A stretch of DNA of 64,000 nucleotides from an uncultured delta proteobacterium (GCA_963708295.1 CAVPSJ010000001.1:32001-96000), one strand, 5' to 3'; shown: positions 40,559-51,595, numbered from the stretch's first letter. Numbers and translations: made by a program. Notes: generated by a model from the letters alone, not told the origin.

Positions 40559-41004
40559 CTATTTCTGCAGCTGCCGGGGATACTCGGTAAGGATAATCGG
40601 TCCTTTTTGGCCCACCACCACGGTATCTTCGACCCGAACACCCCATGGACCTGTGTACAACCCACAGTTACCCACAGCGATCACGACACTCGTTTTCAGA
40701 GAGGGGTGGCCTTCTCTCCAAAATGCTCAAAATTGTGGGCAATGGAGTGGATCATTCCTACTTCGTCATCAAAGCCAACGATGTGATCAAAGTGCGCGAG
40801 GTTGTCTTACGTCCTGACATCCGTTTGCGGAACGCCCAAAGCCACCTTCCCATCCTGAGTGATCATGGCATAGGCGCATAAACGTCCGTCTCCTGTAAGG
40901 TAGAACATATTGGAAGGCTTGGTAAGCAAGAGGACGGTGAGGCCAGCCTCTTTCATCAAATGGCCGCATTTTCTTAGGCGCCCCGGGTATTGTTGATCAG
41001 ACAT
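40559..41004 (-). pseudogene. Xaa-Pro peptidase (M24) with large internal deletion
   Basis: N-term LLLTKPSNMFYLTG joined to C-term GVRVEDTVVV..ILT within ~445 bp. Confidence 0.75.
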
Positions 41005-41063
41005 TTCTAAGCCTCCTTTAAATCCCCTCACCCCCCTTTATACACTGGGGTGAAGGAGGATAA

Positions 41064-42336
41064 TTACTTCTTCCCGGTTTTCTCACGCATTTCTGCTGCC
41101 ATTTCCTTGATCTCCGTCAGATCCCTCTGCATCTCGCTCCAGCCGTACCAGAGCGCAGTAATCCGGGTTGGCATGGAAAGTCCCCTGGAAGGCCCTCATC
41201 CGATGTTCAAGAAACATGACGAAAAGTTTTTGTTCAATCACTGTTGGAGCATCATGAAAGGTGAGCAAATCCGGAAATGGATAAGCATAGTTTTTCGGTT
41301 TGGGAAGGATACCGCCCTTGTACAGGCCGGCCACCGTGAGGATGGCTTCAGCCATCAGGCGATCCGCCTCTTTGATCATCTGGTCGCCTTTTGCAAGCTC
41401 TCCTTTGGCAAAATTAGCAGAATGGCATTGATTGCAGGTCTTGATCATCTTATCCCGTTCTTTTTGCCAGTCTTCCTGGGTCAGCCGGGCCACATCGGCA
41501 GCCTTTACAACATCAAGCCGTCCGGTGGGTTTTCCGTCTGGATCGAGTACACCGAGTCCCTGAAGGATAGTTGCACGGTCAGCCGCCCATTGTTTATCCT
41601 CTGGCATCGGAAGTCGCACAGCGAGAAATCCCCATGCGGTTCGTACCTCATGATTCCCTTCTTGCATGTGGCAAGTCTGGCAGGTCGGGGCTGCAACGGC
41701 AGAGGGAAGCAGGTTGATTTGTTTAAGCAGGGATCGAACTCCATGTTTTGATCCGGAGTACATCTCCCATTGTGGATGGTCGAAGCCCATGTGGCAGGTT
41801 TGGCATGCCTGAGGTTGCCGTGCTTCCTGAACGGAGAAAATATGCCGGGTATGGCACGCGTCACATGACGCCACACCAAATCCTGCCCCTTTTTTTCTCA
41901 GCTCTCTCATATCGGCCTCGGCTTTTAGACCGATCTTATGGCACCCTCCGCAACCTTTCATCCCTTCGGTCAACTCCATCGGTTGCCAGTGTATGGTTGG
42001 CATCGCTTTCATCGCTGCCCAAGCGGCTGCATGCTTTCCGTTCTTGAATTGTTTTACTCTCTCTGGATGACAGCCACCACAGGTGTCAGGTGTCGGAATC
42101 TGAGCCCTCGGGACATCCACCATCGTTTTGTGTTCATCAAAATGGCAGGTAATGCAGGAAATCTTGTTTTGGCTGTGTTTGCTCAGTTGCCAATCAGAAA
42201 CGATACCGGGTGTGACCTTCTTGTGGCATTCCACACACACCTGTGCTGAAGCCGCTGACACCTGGGCTGAAGCGGCCGAAACGAAGACCCAGCTGAGAAC
42301 AATGATAAGCGTTGTTCGAAATGTGATTCGTCCCAT
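41064..42336 (-). CDS. Octaheme HAO-family cytochrome c, +1 frameshift near 41157
   Basis: 8 CxxCH; CHMGFDHPQWEMY..SKHG; restored C-terminus HANPDYALWYGWSEM. Confidence 0.88.
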
Positions 42337-42504
42337 GTTTTTCTCCTTTTAAAATGGTCTTCACCTTGAAACTATGGTAAGAGCGCAATTATAGCTATGG
42401 GGTCTATGACTTATTTTTGGATGAAGAAACCCGTATTTTTCTACCGATGCATCGTAGAATTGTGGAGCTGACTGACTCGTCCTTGTCAACCATCACGAAT
42501 TTTA

Positions 42505-42746
42505 GGTAGTGGGTCAGTTTCCGCCCGCAGAAAGGAGCCGAGGGTGGCCTATTCCTCCTCGCGTTTCAGAAGGGCGGTTGTATTCATAGGTCCGGGGGAT
42601 GGTCCTTCGTGCATTCCACTGATGATCTCATGACTAAGGATGTGAGAAGTCTTTCAACAAAGAAGGAAGCGCCCCTGAACCGCTCCGGGGGACCAGACCC
42701 CCCTCGGCTCCGTATGGGCATTCGCGACCCAAACTGACCCACTACC
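42505..42746. mobile_element. MITE, 242 bp, perfect 16-bp TIR, 8-bp TSD
   Basis: TIR ggtagtgggtcagttt / aaactgacccactacc; TSD gaatttta at 42497-42504 and 42747-42754. Confidence 0.9.
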
Positions 42747-42946
42747 GAATTTTACAGGGACTTTCTTACCATATTCTTACGCTTTTTTTCGGAAGAAGAA
42801 GGGTCTCAAATTCCTTTATCAGTTACCTTCATCCAACCAGGGTGGACGAAAGATCCAAAAGCGGTATAGCATAACAATTCTCCCGGCGGGCAGATTTATT
42901 GAAATTCTCGCTGAGAATGATTAACTATTAAGAAAAGGAGGGGGAA

Positions 42947-43573
42947 ATGGAATTTAGCAAGAATTCGCTCATTGTATTGTGTTTTTCAATACTTCTGGTC
43001 TTTGGCTGTGCAACCACTCAGCAGAGGATTCCAATCGATATGACCTCGGTACCGCCTGGCACACAGGTGACCTTTAAAGGGAAACCGGTTCATCTTCTGG
43101 GTTCACCCATTGCGGTTGGAAAGCCGTTGCCATCAGTCGAACTGGTGGACGCAATGAGCATGAACAATGTCAATCTGTCACGGGAGAGAGGTTCCGTTCT
43201 TCTCTTAAGCATTGTGCCATCCCTGGATACCAAGGTCTGTGAAGCACAAACCCATTATTTGGGAGAAGCGGGGCAGAGGCTTCCGAAAAGTGTTAAACGG
43301 ATTGTCATCAGTCGGGATACTCCCTTTGCGCAGACGCGCTTTGCCAAAGAAGCAAAACTGACGAACCTCGAATACTTGTCAGATTACAAGCAAGGAGATT
43401 TCGCACGCTCCACCGGGCTCCTGACAGAAGGGCTCATGCTCTTTGCAAGATCAGTGATCGTCGTTGACAAACAAGGGATTGTCCAATATATCCAGGTCGT
43501 TCCTGAAATGAGTCATCTGCCCGATTTGGAGAGAGCTTTTGCAAAGGCCAAAGAGCTGGCCGGAGAGGGATAA
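42947..43573 (+). CDS. tpx: Tpx-family thiol peroxidase, lipoprotein
   Basis: Lipobox VFGC; PSLDTKVC, SRDTPFAQTRF, ARSV. Confidence 0.85.
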   Translation: MEFSKNSLIVLCFSILLVFGCATTQQRIPIDMTSVPPGTQVTFKGKPVHLLGSPIAVGKPLPSVELVDAMSMNNVNLSRERGSVLLLSIVPSLDTKVCEAQTHYLGEAGQRLPKSVKRIVISRDTPFAQTRFAKEAKLTNLEYLSDYKQGDFARSTGLLTEGLMLFARSVIVVDKQGIVQYIQVVPEMSHLPDLERAFAKAKELAGEG

Positions 43574-43720
43574 AGGAGTAAATACAGCATTTTTCGCCGT
43601 AAAATACATCATTTGCCCTATTTATTTCCAGGCGGGTTGTTACTATTCTTATAGGAACGAGTGAGATGCCGGTCAAGAGTGAATGGGCTAGATTAAAAAC
43701 GAAGGAAGGAGGAAGCTACA

Positions 43721-44080
43721 ATGAGAAAGATAATGATTCTGGGCGCGGTGCTCAGCCTACTCATAGTAATGAACATTTTCGCGGTTGTTCATGCGCAATC
43801 GGTGACGGTGAAAGGAGAGGTCATCGACACTTACTGCTATGCCTTGATGGGAGCCAAAGGTGAGAGTCATCGACAGTGTGCCATTGATTGTGTCAAAGCC
43901 GGTATTCCTGCTGGCCTTCTTGAGGAGGGAACCGGGAAGGTTTATGTCTTGCTGCCAAATAAAGACAAAGCAGGATTGCCTCAAGGAGTAATTGATAAAT
44001 TGGGGCGGACAGCTTCGATTACTGGCAAGGCCTATACCAGCGGCGGAAGCAACTTTTTGACCGTCGAGTCGATCCAGTGA
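43721..44080 (+). CDS. Secreted conserved hypothetical protein (D-x2-C...H-x2-CA-x2-C motif)
   Basis: Signal peptide; GEVIDTYCY..HRQCAIDCVKAGIP. Confidence 0.75.
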   Translation: MRKIMILGAVLSLLIVMNIFAVVHAQSVTVKGEVIDTYCYALMGAKGESHRQCAIDCVKAGIPAGLLEEGTGKVYVLLPNKDKAGLPQGVIDKLGRTASITGKAYTSGGSNFLTVESIQ

Positions 44081-44568
44081 TCCCTATGCTTGAGAGTCTT
44101 CTTCCAGGAGTGCAGCACCTTCAGAATATCCACCCGTTGGTGGTTCATTTTCCCATCGCATTCTTAACGGGTGCAGCACTCTTTTATTTTTTGTCCTGGA
44201 TTTTCCGAAACCAGACCTTTGGGACGACGGCTTTTCTGTTGCTCATCCTCGGGACACTCTCTGCGGGAGCTGCGGTGGCCACGGGGCTTTATGGGGAAGA
44301 GGGGGTCATGGTCTCCCGCTCCGTGAGGGAGCACCTCTTAGAGGCCCATGAAGAGATCATGCTCGTGGCACTCGGAGTGAGCGTTGTCTTAGCCGTGTGG
44401 GCATTGATCGCGCGGCCCTTTCCGATAAAGAAGAGATGGCTCTTTCTCTGCATATTTCTGGTGTTGTTGGGGGTCATGACCGTGGGTGCTGATTATGGTG
44501 CGCGGATGGTTTACGATTACAACGCGGGCGGAAATGCCTGCTCCCAGCCCATCGAATTTAGCAAGTGA
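44077..44568 (+). CDS. DUF2231-family membrane protein
   Basis: HPLVVHFPIA, ATG, H, G..GARMVY. Confidence 0.8.
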   Translation: MIPMLESLLPGVQHLQNIHPLVVHFPIAFLTGAALFYFLSWIFRNQTFGTTAFLLLILGTLSAGAAVATGLYGEEGVMVSRSVREHLLEAHEEIMLVALGVSVVLAVWALIARPFPIKKRWLFLCIFLVLLGVMTVGADYGARMVYDYNAGGNACSQPIEFSK

Positions 44569-44637
44569 AAGGATCGATGAATAGGGACCCGTCCCATGGT
44601 CAATGACCATGGGATATCAACCATGAATCAATGACTG

Positions 44638-45267
44638 TCAGCTTTTTACTGTGAAGAACTTCTTGAAGGCTTCGTATTTCTTTGCTCCGATCCCTCTCAC
44701 GTTTCTTAAATCTTCAACGGACCGAAATCCTTTTCGTCTTTCCCGGTAGGTGATCATCTCTTGGGCCAAGGATTCGCCGATCCCTGGAATCAAACAAAGA
44801 TCCTCGACGGACACACGATTGAGATCGAGAGGGAGGGAAAAGACGAGCAGTTTATTGGCGGCCATCCGGCCGATTTTAATCTTTATCTCATCCCCCACAC
44901 CCTCTTTCTGTCCCTCCGTTGCGAGGAGAAGGGGAGGGGGGATTTGGGAAGGTTTTCTCGTGACGGTGAGGAGAGTTCCTGTCTCCAGGATCGTCGATGA
45001 TGAAGTCGGATCAAATTGGGCAGTCTCCTTCAGGCCTCCCGCCTTTTCGATCGCCTCCTTCAATTTGGGTGGATTCTGGTAAAGATAGACTCCAGGCTGA
45101 CGGACCTCTCCAGAAACCTCAACAACGACTTCTTTGATGGGATCTCCCGAAGGAGTGGAAGGAGGGTAATCATAAAACTTGAAGGCAAGGCTGCCGACAA
45201 GAAAAAGGGCGACCCCAAAGAGAATCCATTGCTGACGAACAGAAAAGTATTTTAAATAGGAACACAT
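44638..45267 (-). CDS. comEA: ComEA-family DNA-binding protein (SLBB + HhH)
   Basis: VSGEVRQPGVY, AGG, IPGIG, VRGIG. Confidence 0.85.
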   Translation of the reverse strand: MCSYLKYFSVRQQWILFGVALFLVGSLAFKFYDYPPSTPSGDPIKEVVVEVSGEVRQPGVYLYQNPPKLKEAIEKAGGLKETAQFDPTSSSTILETGTLLTVTRKPSQIPPPLLLATEGQKEGVGDEIKIKIGRMAANKLLVFSLPLDLNRVSVEDLCLIPGIGESLAQEMITYRERRKGFRSVEDLRNVRGIGAKKYEAFKKFFTVKS

Positions 45268-45420
45268 CCCATTTTTTTCTCAAAACTTCCTTTGCCGGGG
45301 TGAGTTTTGTCCTCATGGATGTCTCTTCGGGGACATTTAGCGTGGCGCGTTCTTGAATCAAACCTAATTTCAATCATACAGCATTCCAACAAGATTCTTT
45401 CATCAACGTGGGATAGGTCC

Positions 45421-47016
45421 CTAATTTTCTTCTTTAAGGAGTTTGTAGTCAATCGAGTCTACCAAGGCTTGCCAGCTTGCCTGGATAATGTTTTCAGAGA
45501 CTCCGACCGTTCCCCACTTCGATTGTCCATCCCCCGATTCGATGAGAACCCTTGTGAGAGCTTCGGTTCCGTCCTTGGTGGAAAGGATTCGGACTTTGTA
45601 GTCGAGCAGTTTAACCTGTTTCAATTCAGGATAAAACTTTTCCAGGGCCTTTCGTATCGCATGATCGAGTGCGCTGACCGGACCATTTCCCACGGCGGCG
45701 GTATGTTCCACCCGATCTCCCACACGAACCATAATGGTTGCCTCTGACAGAGGAATTTCTTCCTCCGTCTTCTTCTCTACAATGACACGAAAGCCCATCA
45801 ACTCAAAGAACCTCTTGTGTTGTCCGAGAGCTTTTTTAATGAGGATCTCAAAGGACCCTTCCGCTCCCTCAAATTGAAACCCTTGATTTTCCAAGCGTTT
45901 TAAATCGTCGAGGATTTGTTTCACTCTTGGATCTTTGCTTTCGAGGTCGATCTTAAAATCAGCGGCTTTATGGAGGATGTTTGACTCGCCGGAAAGATCC
46001 GAGATGAGAACCCTTTGATGATTTCCGACCCTCTCCGGAACAACGTGTTGATAGGTCGCATCACTCTTCCTGATCGCGCTGACATGGACCCCGCCCTTGT
46101 GCGCAAACGCGCTATCACCCACATAGGGAAGATACTTGTTATGGGGAAGGTTGGCCAATTCTGATACGAAACGGGAGACCTCGGTGATCTTTTTCAAATG
46201 ATCGTCTGAAATGCAATCGATTCCCATTTTTAACTTAAGATTGGGGATGATGGAACATAGATTGGCGTTTCCACACCGTTCTCCGTACCCATTCATTGTT
46301 CCGTGGACCATGGAAACGCCCTCTCTGACGGCCAGAATGGTATTGGCGACCGCCATGTCGGAATCGTTATGAGCATGAATACCCAGGGGAGAAGCGATTT
46401 CATTCTTTACCTTTTTTACGATGGATTGGACCTCATCGGGAAAAGTTCCTCCGTTGGTGTCGCATAAAACGATCCAGTCCGCCTTGGCTTCTTGGGCCGC
46501 CTTCAGTGTGGAGAGCGCGTACTGGGGATTGTTCTTGTAACCGTCGAAAAAGTGTTCCGCGTCAAAAACGACTTCAGCGATACGATCCTTGAGGAATCGA
46601 ATCGAATTTTGGATGATATCGAGATTTTGGTCGAGGGTAATATTTAAGGCCTCGATCGGATGTCTGTCCCAGGACTTTCCGAAAATGGTGACCACTTCCG
46701 TTCCGGCCTCGATTAACGCCCGGAGGTTCGGATCTTTTTGGGGGGGAATCCCCGCCCGGGAGGTGCTCCCGAAAGCAGCCATCTTTGCGTGAGAGAGGCG
46801 GGCGGATTTGATCTCGTGGAAAAACTGGAGATCCTTTGGGTTGGAACCGGGCCATCCCCCTTCAATATAGTGAATCCCGAAGTCGTCGAGCTTTTGCGCA
46901 ATCCGGACTTTATCCTCGAGAGAAAAAGAAATGTCTTCCGCCTGCGAACCGTCGCGGAGTGTGGTATCGTAAATTTTGATTGGATCTAATGAACCCAATG
47001 TGATCACCCCATCCAT
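45421..47016 (-). CDS. cimA: Citramalate synthase
   Basis: [35 protein letters not shown]. Confidence 0.93.
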   Translation of the reverse strand: MDGVITLGSLDPIKIYDTTLRDGSQAEDISFSLEDKVRIAQKLDDFGIHYIEGGWPGSNPKDLQFFHEIKSARLSHAKMAAFGSTSRAGIPPQKDPNLRALIEAGTEVVTIFGKSWDRHPIEALNITLDQNLDIIQNSIRFLKDRIAEVVFDAEHFFDGYKNNPQYALSTLKAAQEAKADWIVLCDTNGGTFPDEVQSIVKKVKNEIASPLGIHAHNDSDMAVANTILAVREGVSMVHGTMNGYGERCGNANLCSIIPNLKLKMGIDCISDDHLKKITEVSRFVSELANLPHNKYLPYVGDSAFAHKGGVHVSAIRKSDATYQHVVPERVGNHQRVLISDLSGESNILHKAADFKIDLESKDPRVKQILDDLKRLENQGFQFEGAEGSFEILIKKALGQHKRFFELMGFRVIVEKKTEEEIPLSEATIMVRVGDRVEHTAAVGNGPVSALDHAIRKALEKFYPELKQVKLLDYKVRILSTKDGTEALTRVLIESGDGQSKWGTVGVSENIIQASWQALVDSIDYKLLKEEN

Positions 47017-47032
47017 TATCCCTTGCCGTTGA

Positions 47033-48271
47033 TTATTTCTCTTCTGCAACGGTTGGCTTATCCAGTTCAAAGGCGTCATGAAGGGCTCGGACCGCCAATT
47101 CGGTATATTTGGAATCGATGACGCAGGAGATTTTGATTTCCGAAGTGGAAATCATGTGGATATTGATCCCTTCCTTTGCCAGTGCAGAAAACATCTGAGT
47201 GGCTACACTGGAGTGACTTCTCATCCCCACTCCCACGATGGAGATTTTTGCAATGTCTTCGTTGAATTTGACTTCTTTCCCGTCGAACTCTTTATTCGCT
47301 TCTTTGACAATCTGGAGGGTTTTTGCAAAATCCGATTTGGGGACGGTGAAGGCTACATCCGCGCAGCCTTTCTCCGTACTGGAAGTCTGTATGATCATGT
47401 CGACAATGATATTGGCATCCGCAATCGGTTTAAACAACTTGGCGGCCACTCCTGGGATATCCGGGAGACGCATGACCTCGATCTTTGCTTCATTCTTATT
47501 GTAGGTGACACCGGAAACGACTACCTTTTCCATCTCTTTGTCCTCCTTGCAGACGATCGTCCCAGGGTTGTCATTGAAGGATGATCTGACGTGGATAGGG
47601 ACATCATATTTTTTGGCAAACTCTACGGAACGGATCTGCAGCACCTTCGCCCCGAGGCTGGCCATTTCAAGCATCTCATCATAAGATATTCTCGACAACT
47701 TTCTTGCCCTAGGATAGACATTGGGATCCGTCGTGTAGACCCCGTCGACATCGGTATAAATCTCACACACATCCGCTGCCAGCGCTGCAGCGACAGCCAC
47801 AGCAGATGTGTCCGATCCTCCCCGGCCAAGAGTGGTGATATTGCCCGAATCATCCACACCCTGGAAACCTGCCACCACCACCACCCGGCCCTCTTCTAAA
47901 TCATGACGCATCTTGTCCGAATCAATGCTTGAAATCCTGGCTTTGCCAAAAACGCTGTCTGTGGCTATCTTGATTTGAAAACCCAGATACGATTTCGAAT
48001 CGCAGTCCATGGACTTGAGCGCCATGGCCAGGAGAGCAATGGAGACCTGCTCTCCGGTGGATACGAGAACATCGAGTTCCCTTTCGTCAGGAGTCGGGGT
48101 AATCTGCTGAGCCAAACGGATGAGTTTGTCCGTCTCTCCGGCCATCGCAGAGACGACGACCACGAGTTGATGGCCTTGTTTTTTGGCGTGGAGGACCCTC
48201 CTGGCCACATTTTTGATCCGCTCAACGTCTCCTACGGAAGTACCGCCATACTTTTGAACCACCAGTGCCAT
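47033..48271 (-). CDS. lysC: Aspartate kinase
   Basis: [16 protein letters not shown], two ACT domains. Confidence 0.96.
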   Translation of the reverse strand: MALVVQKYGGTSVGDVERIKNVARRVLHAKKQGHQLVVVVSAMAGETDKLIRLAQQITPTPDERELDVLVSTGEQVSIALLAMALKSMDCDSKSYLGFQIKIATDSVFGKARISSIDSDKMRHDLEEGRVVVVAGFQGVDDSGNITTLGRGGSDTSAVAVAAALAADVCEIYTDVDGVYTTDPNVYPRARKLSRISYDEMLEMASLGAKVLQIRSVEFAKKYDVPIHVRSSFNDNPGTIVCKEDKEMEKVVVSGVTYNKNEAKIEVMRLPDIPGVAAKLFKPIADANIIVDMIIQTSSTEKGCADVAFTVPKSDFAKTLQIVKEANKEFDGKEVKFNEDIAKISIVGVGMRSHSSVATQMFSALAKEGINIHMISTSEIKISCVIDSKYTELAVRALHDAFELDKPTVAEEK

Positions 48272-48335
48272 CTGTTTCCCTCCCCCTCCTCAGGGTAGAT
48301 TGTGGATTACGGATTGCGGAATAAAAAAATTGAGA

Positions 48336-48839
48336 TCAAGGGACTCCGCATTCCGGATGCTGGATTCCCCATTCGGAAATCTCTTTGACCAAGTCTTCAA
48401 AACGTTTTCCCTTTCCGGCAATTTCCAGGGATCGGATGTTCTTATCGAAATAGGCAATGGAGATGAAGAGGTATTCCTCGGGAAGGAAAGAGGGAATTTT
48501 ATCGGCCCACTCGATTGCCGTGATCCCTCTCCCTTGGAAATATTCCTCCAAGCCTAATTCTCCAGCCTCCTGCTCCCTTCCCAGGCGATAAAGATCAATA
48601 TGGTAAAAGGGAATTGTCCCGGGGTATTCATGAATCAACGTGAAGGAAGGGCTTGAGATATAAGCTGAGTTTTCAATTCCGACTCCTGCAGCGAGTCCCT
48701 TGATAAGTTGGGTTTTTCCTGCCCCCAATTCACCTACCAAGGCGACGACGTCCCCGGGCAGAAGCCGCCTTCCAATGTCCTTCCCGACTCGAATCGTCTC
48801 AAATGTGCTTTTGGTTTGAAGGACCGCCTTTTTCACCAT
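48336..48839 (-). CDS. tsaE: tRNA threonylcarbamoyladenosine biosynthesis ATPase
   Basis: GELGAGKT, SPSF, HIDLYRL, IEWA. Confidence 0.95.
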   Translation of the reverse strand: MVKKAVLQTKSTFETIRVGKDIGRRLLPGDVVALVGELGAGKTQLIKGLAAGVGIENSAYISSPSFTLIHEYPGTIPFYHIDLYRLGREQEAGELGLEEYFQGRGITAIEWADKIPSFLPEEYLFISIAYFDKNIRSLEIAGKGKRFEDLVKEISEWGIQHPECGVP

Positions 48840-48840
48840 T

Positions 48841-48975
48841 CAAATCCCGGATCACAAATTCCAAATCTCAAACCAATCTCAATTCCCAAACCCAAATGAC
48901 CGAAACGATTCGGTTTGAGGTTTGAAATGTGGCTTATTGAAAATTATTTGTAATTTAGTGCCTGGAACTTGGTCT
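48841..48975. repeat. Heptamer-arm inverted repeat element (CCAAAT units)
   Basis: caaattccaaatctcaaacc...caaatgaccgaaac...ggtttgaggtttg; same layout as 16948. Confidence 0.6.
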
Positions 48976-48993
48976 TCCCGTAGGATGAGAAGG

Positions 48994-49467
48994 TTACGCC
49001 TTAAATTTGAAGTCATCGGGATTCAGACTTTCCAGCCAATCTTTTAGCTGATCGCCTTCTTTCTCCATATCGATGGTGCGCGCTTTCTCGATGACTTGCT
49101 CGGACACAAAAATTGGGGCGTCTGAAGCCAGGGCGATGGCCATTGCGTCGCTGGGACGAGAATCGATGACAATTTCTTCTCCCCCTCGATTAAGGTAGAT
49201 CAAGGCATAGTAAGTGTTTTCCTTCAGGTCGTTCACGACGATTTTCACCACGTGGGATTGGAGCGACTCTAGAAGGTTATGGATTAAATCATGACTCGCC
49301 GGTCGATGGGAACTCACCTTCTTCAGTTTCATCGCGATGGCATTGGCCTCGAAGGGGCCGATCCAAATCGGAAGCCCTGTTTTGTTCGACAAATCCATGA
49401 GGAGAACGACAAATCCGTTTGAGGTGGAATCAAACGTCAAAAACTTAACTTTCATCTCAACGTACAT
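48994..49467 (-). CDS. Bifunctional nuclease (DUF151)
   Basis: LPIWIGPFEA, RP..HDL, DSRPSDA. Confidence 0.9.
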   Translation of the reverse strand: MYVEMKVKFLTFDSTSNGFVVLLMDLSNKTGLPIWIGPFEANAIAMKLKKVSSHRPASHDLIHNLLESLQSHVVKIVVNDLKENTYYALIYLNRGGEEIVIDSRPSDAMAIALASDAPIFVSEQVIEKARTIDMEKEGDQLKDWLESLNPDDFKFKA

Positions 49468-49658
49468 CCTGTCTCTCCTTTCAACCCCCTCGCAGTTGAG
49501 CTGTCTCCTAAGAGAGCCCATGCGTCATCGTGTTCTCTGGGCGTCTCCTTTTTAGCCCACTCTTCCGCGGGCACACCCTCTTTCCCTTCGCTTCGAAGAT
49601 TGACGAAAGGCCGTCCGGGGTGAGTCAGAACTTATCTTAAATGAAGAAGAGGGCAAAA

Positions 49659-51209
49659 TCAAATGTTTCCCTTGAGCAGGGGGGGGATTTTTTCAATGAT
49701 ATCCGTAGCAATGAGAGACTTCTCGCCTTTCTCTCGCGCCCCGTCGTCACCGGCCATTCCATGAAGGTAGACAGCCACTTGAAGGGAAGAGAGGATATCG
49801 AACCCCTGGCACACCAACCCACCGATCATTCCGGTGAGCACGTCCCCCGTGCCCCCGGAGGCCATTCCTGGGTTCCCCGTCGGGTTAATAAAGACCTCTC
49901 CTTTGGGGGTACTGATAAGAGTGGGGTGTCCCTTCAGAACGAGGTGAACATGCTGGGACTGGGAGAAATTTCTGCTGATTCTCATTCGATCCTCCAGGAC
50001 TTGTTTGACCTGTGAACGAATCAGTCTTGCCATCTCTCCCGGATGGGGGGTCAGGATGAGGGAACGATTCGCGAAGGGAGGGACCTTAGGAAGCGTTGCC
50101 AAAGCGGTCAGTCCGTCGGCGTCCAAGATGATCGGGAGATTCAATGTCTTGATCAATTTGAGGACGAGGGATTGAGTTTCTTTAAAGGTTCCAAGGCCGG
50201 GACCAATGATGACGGCCCTTTTGTTCTCGCAGAGACGAACGATAGCGCTGAAAGCCCGAAGGCTAAGCGTTTGTTTGGGTGTCTCCGGAAGGGGTTCCGT
50301 CATCACCTCGGTCAATTTCACCTCCATGATGCCGTTCAGGCTCTTCGGGATGGCCAGGGTGACCAGGCCCGCTCCCATTCTTAGAGCGGCCTCGCACGCC
50401 ATCGCTGCTGCCCCCGTTTTGCCAACCGACCCCGCGATGACCAGCAGGTGTCCGTAATCTCCTTTGTGGGTATTTGGGTTCCGGGGGATCGACAGCCATC
50501 CCTTGATCTCATCCTTTTCAAGAAGATAGGTCGGAATGTTTTCCTCATCCACCAATCTCTTGGGGAGTCCGATATCGACGACTTTTACGTCTCCCACATA
50601 ATCGATCCCCGGGGGAATCAGGTGTCCAACCTTGGGCAAGCCGAAGGTGATGGTGAGGGAGGCCCGGATCGCAGTGCCGAGAGGCTTTCCTGTATCGGCA
50701 TCTAATCCGGAAGGAATGTCAATCGCGACGATGGGCCTCTGAACCGTGTTGAGATGATCGATCACTTCTCTGTAATAACCTCTGACCTCGGCATCGAGCC
50801 CGGTTCCAAAAATTCCGTCAACCAAGATGTCAAACTTTTCCAAATCTCTTCTTACTTTGACGTAATCTTTGGAAGACGGGACGGGAATGATTTCTCCTTT
50901 CATCCGCTGGAAGATGCTATAATTCGTTTCTGCATCCCCACGGAGGCCCTTCGGATCGGTGAGGAGGTAGACCTTCACGGAAGCCCCTTGGTTCAAGAGA
51001 TATCGAGCGATCACAAACCCGTCTCCCCCGTTGTTTCCTTTTCCAGCAATGATCGCTATTTTTTTCCTGTGAATGTCAGGGAAGGTATGGGAGATCACTT
51101 CTGCCGCTCCCTTTCCTGCGTTTTCCATAAGAATCATTCCGGGGATCCGATAGGTCTCGATGGCCTTTCGATCCAACTCTTGCATCTCTTTAGCATTGGC
51201 TACTTTCAT
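49659..51209 (-). CDS. nnr: Bifunctional NAD(P)HX epimerase/dehydratase
   Basis: GKGNNGGDG, DGIFGTG, TPHPGEM, GGTGDVL. Confidence 0.95.
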   Translation of the reverse strand: MKVANAKEMQELDRKAIETYRIPGMILMENAGKGAAEVISHTFPDIHRKKIAIIAGKGNNGGDGFVIARYLLNQGASVKVYLLTDPKGLRGDAETNYSIFQRMKGEIIPVPSSKDYVKVRRDLEKFDILVDGIFGTGLDAEVRGYYREVIDHLNTVQRPIVAIDIPSGLDADTGKPLGTAIRASLTITFGLPKVGHLIPPGIDYVGDVKVVDIGLPKRLVDEENIPTYLLEKDEIKGWLSIPRNPNTHKGDYGHLLVIAGSVGKTGAAAMACEAALRMGAGLVTLAIPKSLNGIMEVKLTEVMTEPLPETPKQTLSLRAFSAIVRLCENKRAVIIGPGLGTFKETQSLVLKLIKTLNLPIILDADGLTALATLPKVPPFANRSLILTPHPGEMARLIRSQVKQVLEDRMRISRNFSQSQHVHLVLKGHPTLISTPKGEVFINPTGNPGMASGGTGDVLTGMIGGLVCQGFDILSSLQVAVYLHGMAGDDGAREKGEKSLIATDIIEKIPPLLKGNI

Positions 51210-51591
51210 CTTTTCTTTCCTCTAATAACACGTGGGCCACGGCGTAGGGTCGGTCGTGGGAAAGGGTGAGAAAGACATTCTGAATTCCGAGGGTCTCGCA
51301 AGCCTCCTTTGCCTTTCGATGGAAGGAAAAAAGGGGTTTCCCCAGGACATCGTTTTTCACTTCGATATCTGTCCATTGAATACCGTTTCGAAGTCCCCAG
51401 CCAATGGCCTTGAGGAAAGCCTCTTTTGCCGCGAAGCGTGTGGCAAAACACTCCGGAGGTCGAGCTTTCTGCTGGCACCAGACGATCTCTGCCTCTGTAA
51501 AGACCCGACTCAAGAAGACGCCTCCCCAGCGGGTCATCAGACGCTCGATCCGGTCAATATTCACGATATCTATACCCGTCCCGACAATCAT
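51190..51591 (-). CDS. acpS: Holo-ACP synthase
   Basis: GTGIDIV, RFAAKEAFLKA, LSHD. Confidence 0.95.
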   Translation of the reverse strand: MIVGTGIDIVNIDRIERLMTRWGGVFLSRVFTEAEIVWCQQKARPPECFATRFAAKEAFLKAIGWGLRNGIQWTDIEVKNDVLGKPLFSFHRKAKEACETLGIQNVFLTLSHDRPYAVAHVLLEERKDESSQC

Positions 51592-51595
51592 AGCA

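Noticed and set aside
48272-48335. Lysine riboswitch upstream of lysC
   Set aside because: Gap is too short and is occupied by heptamer repeats
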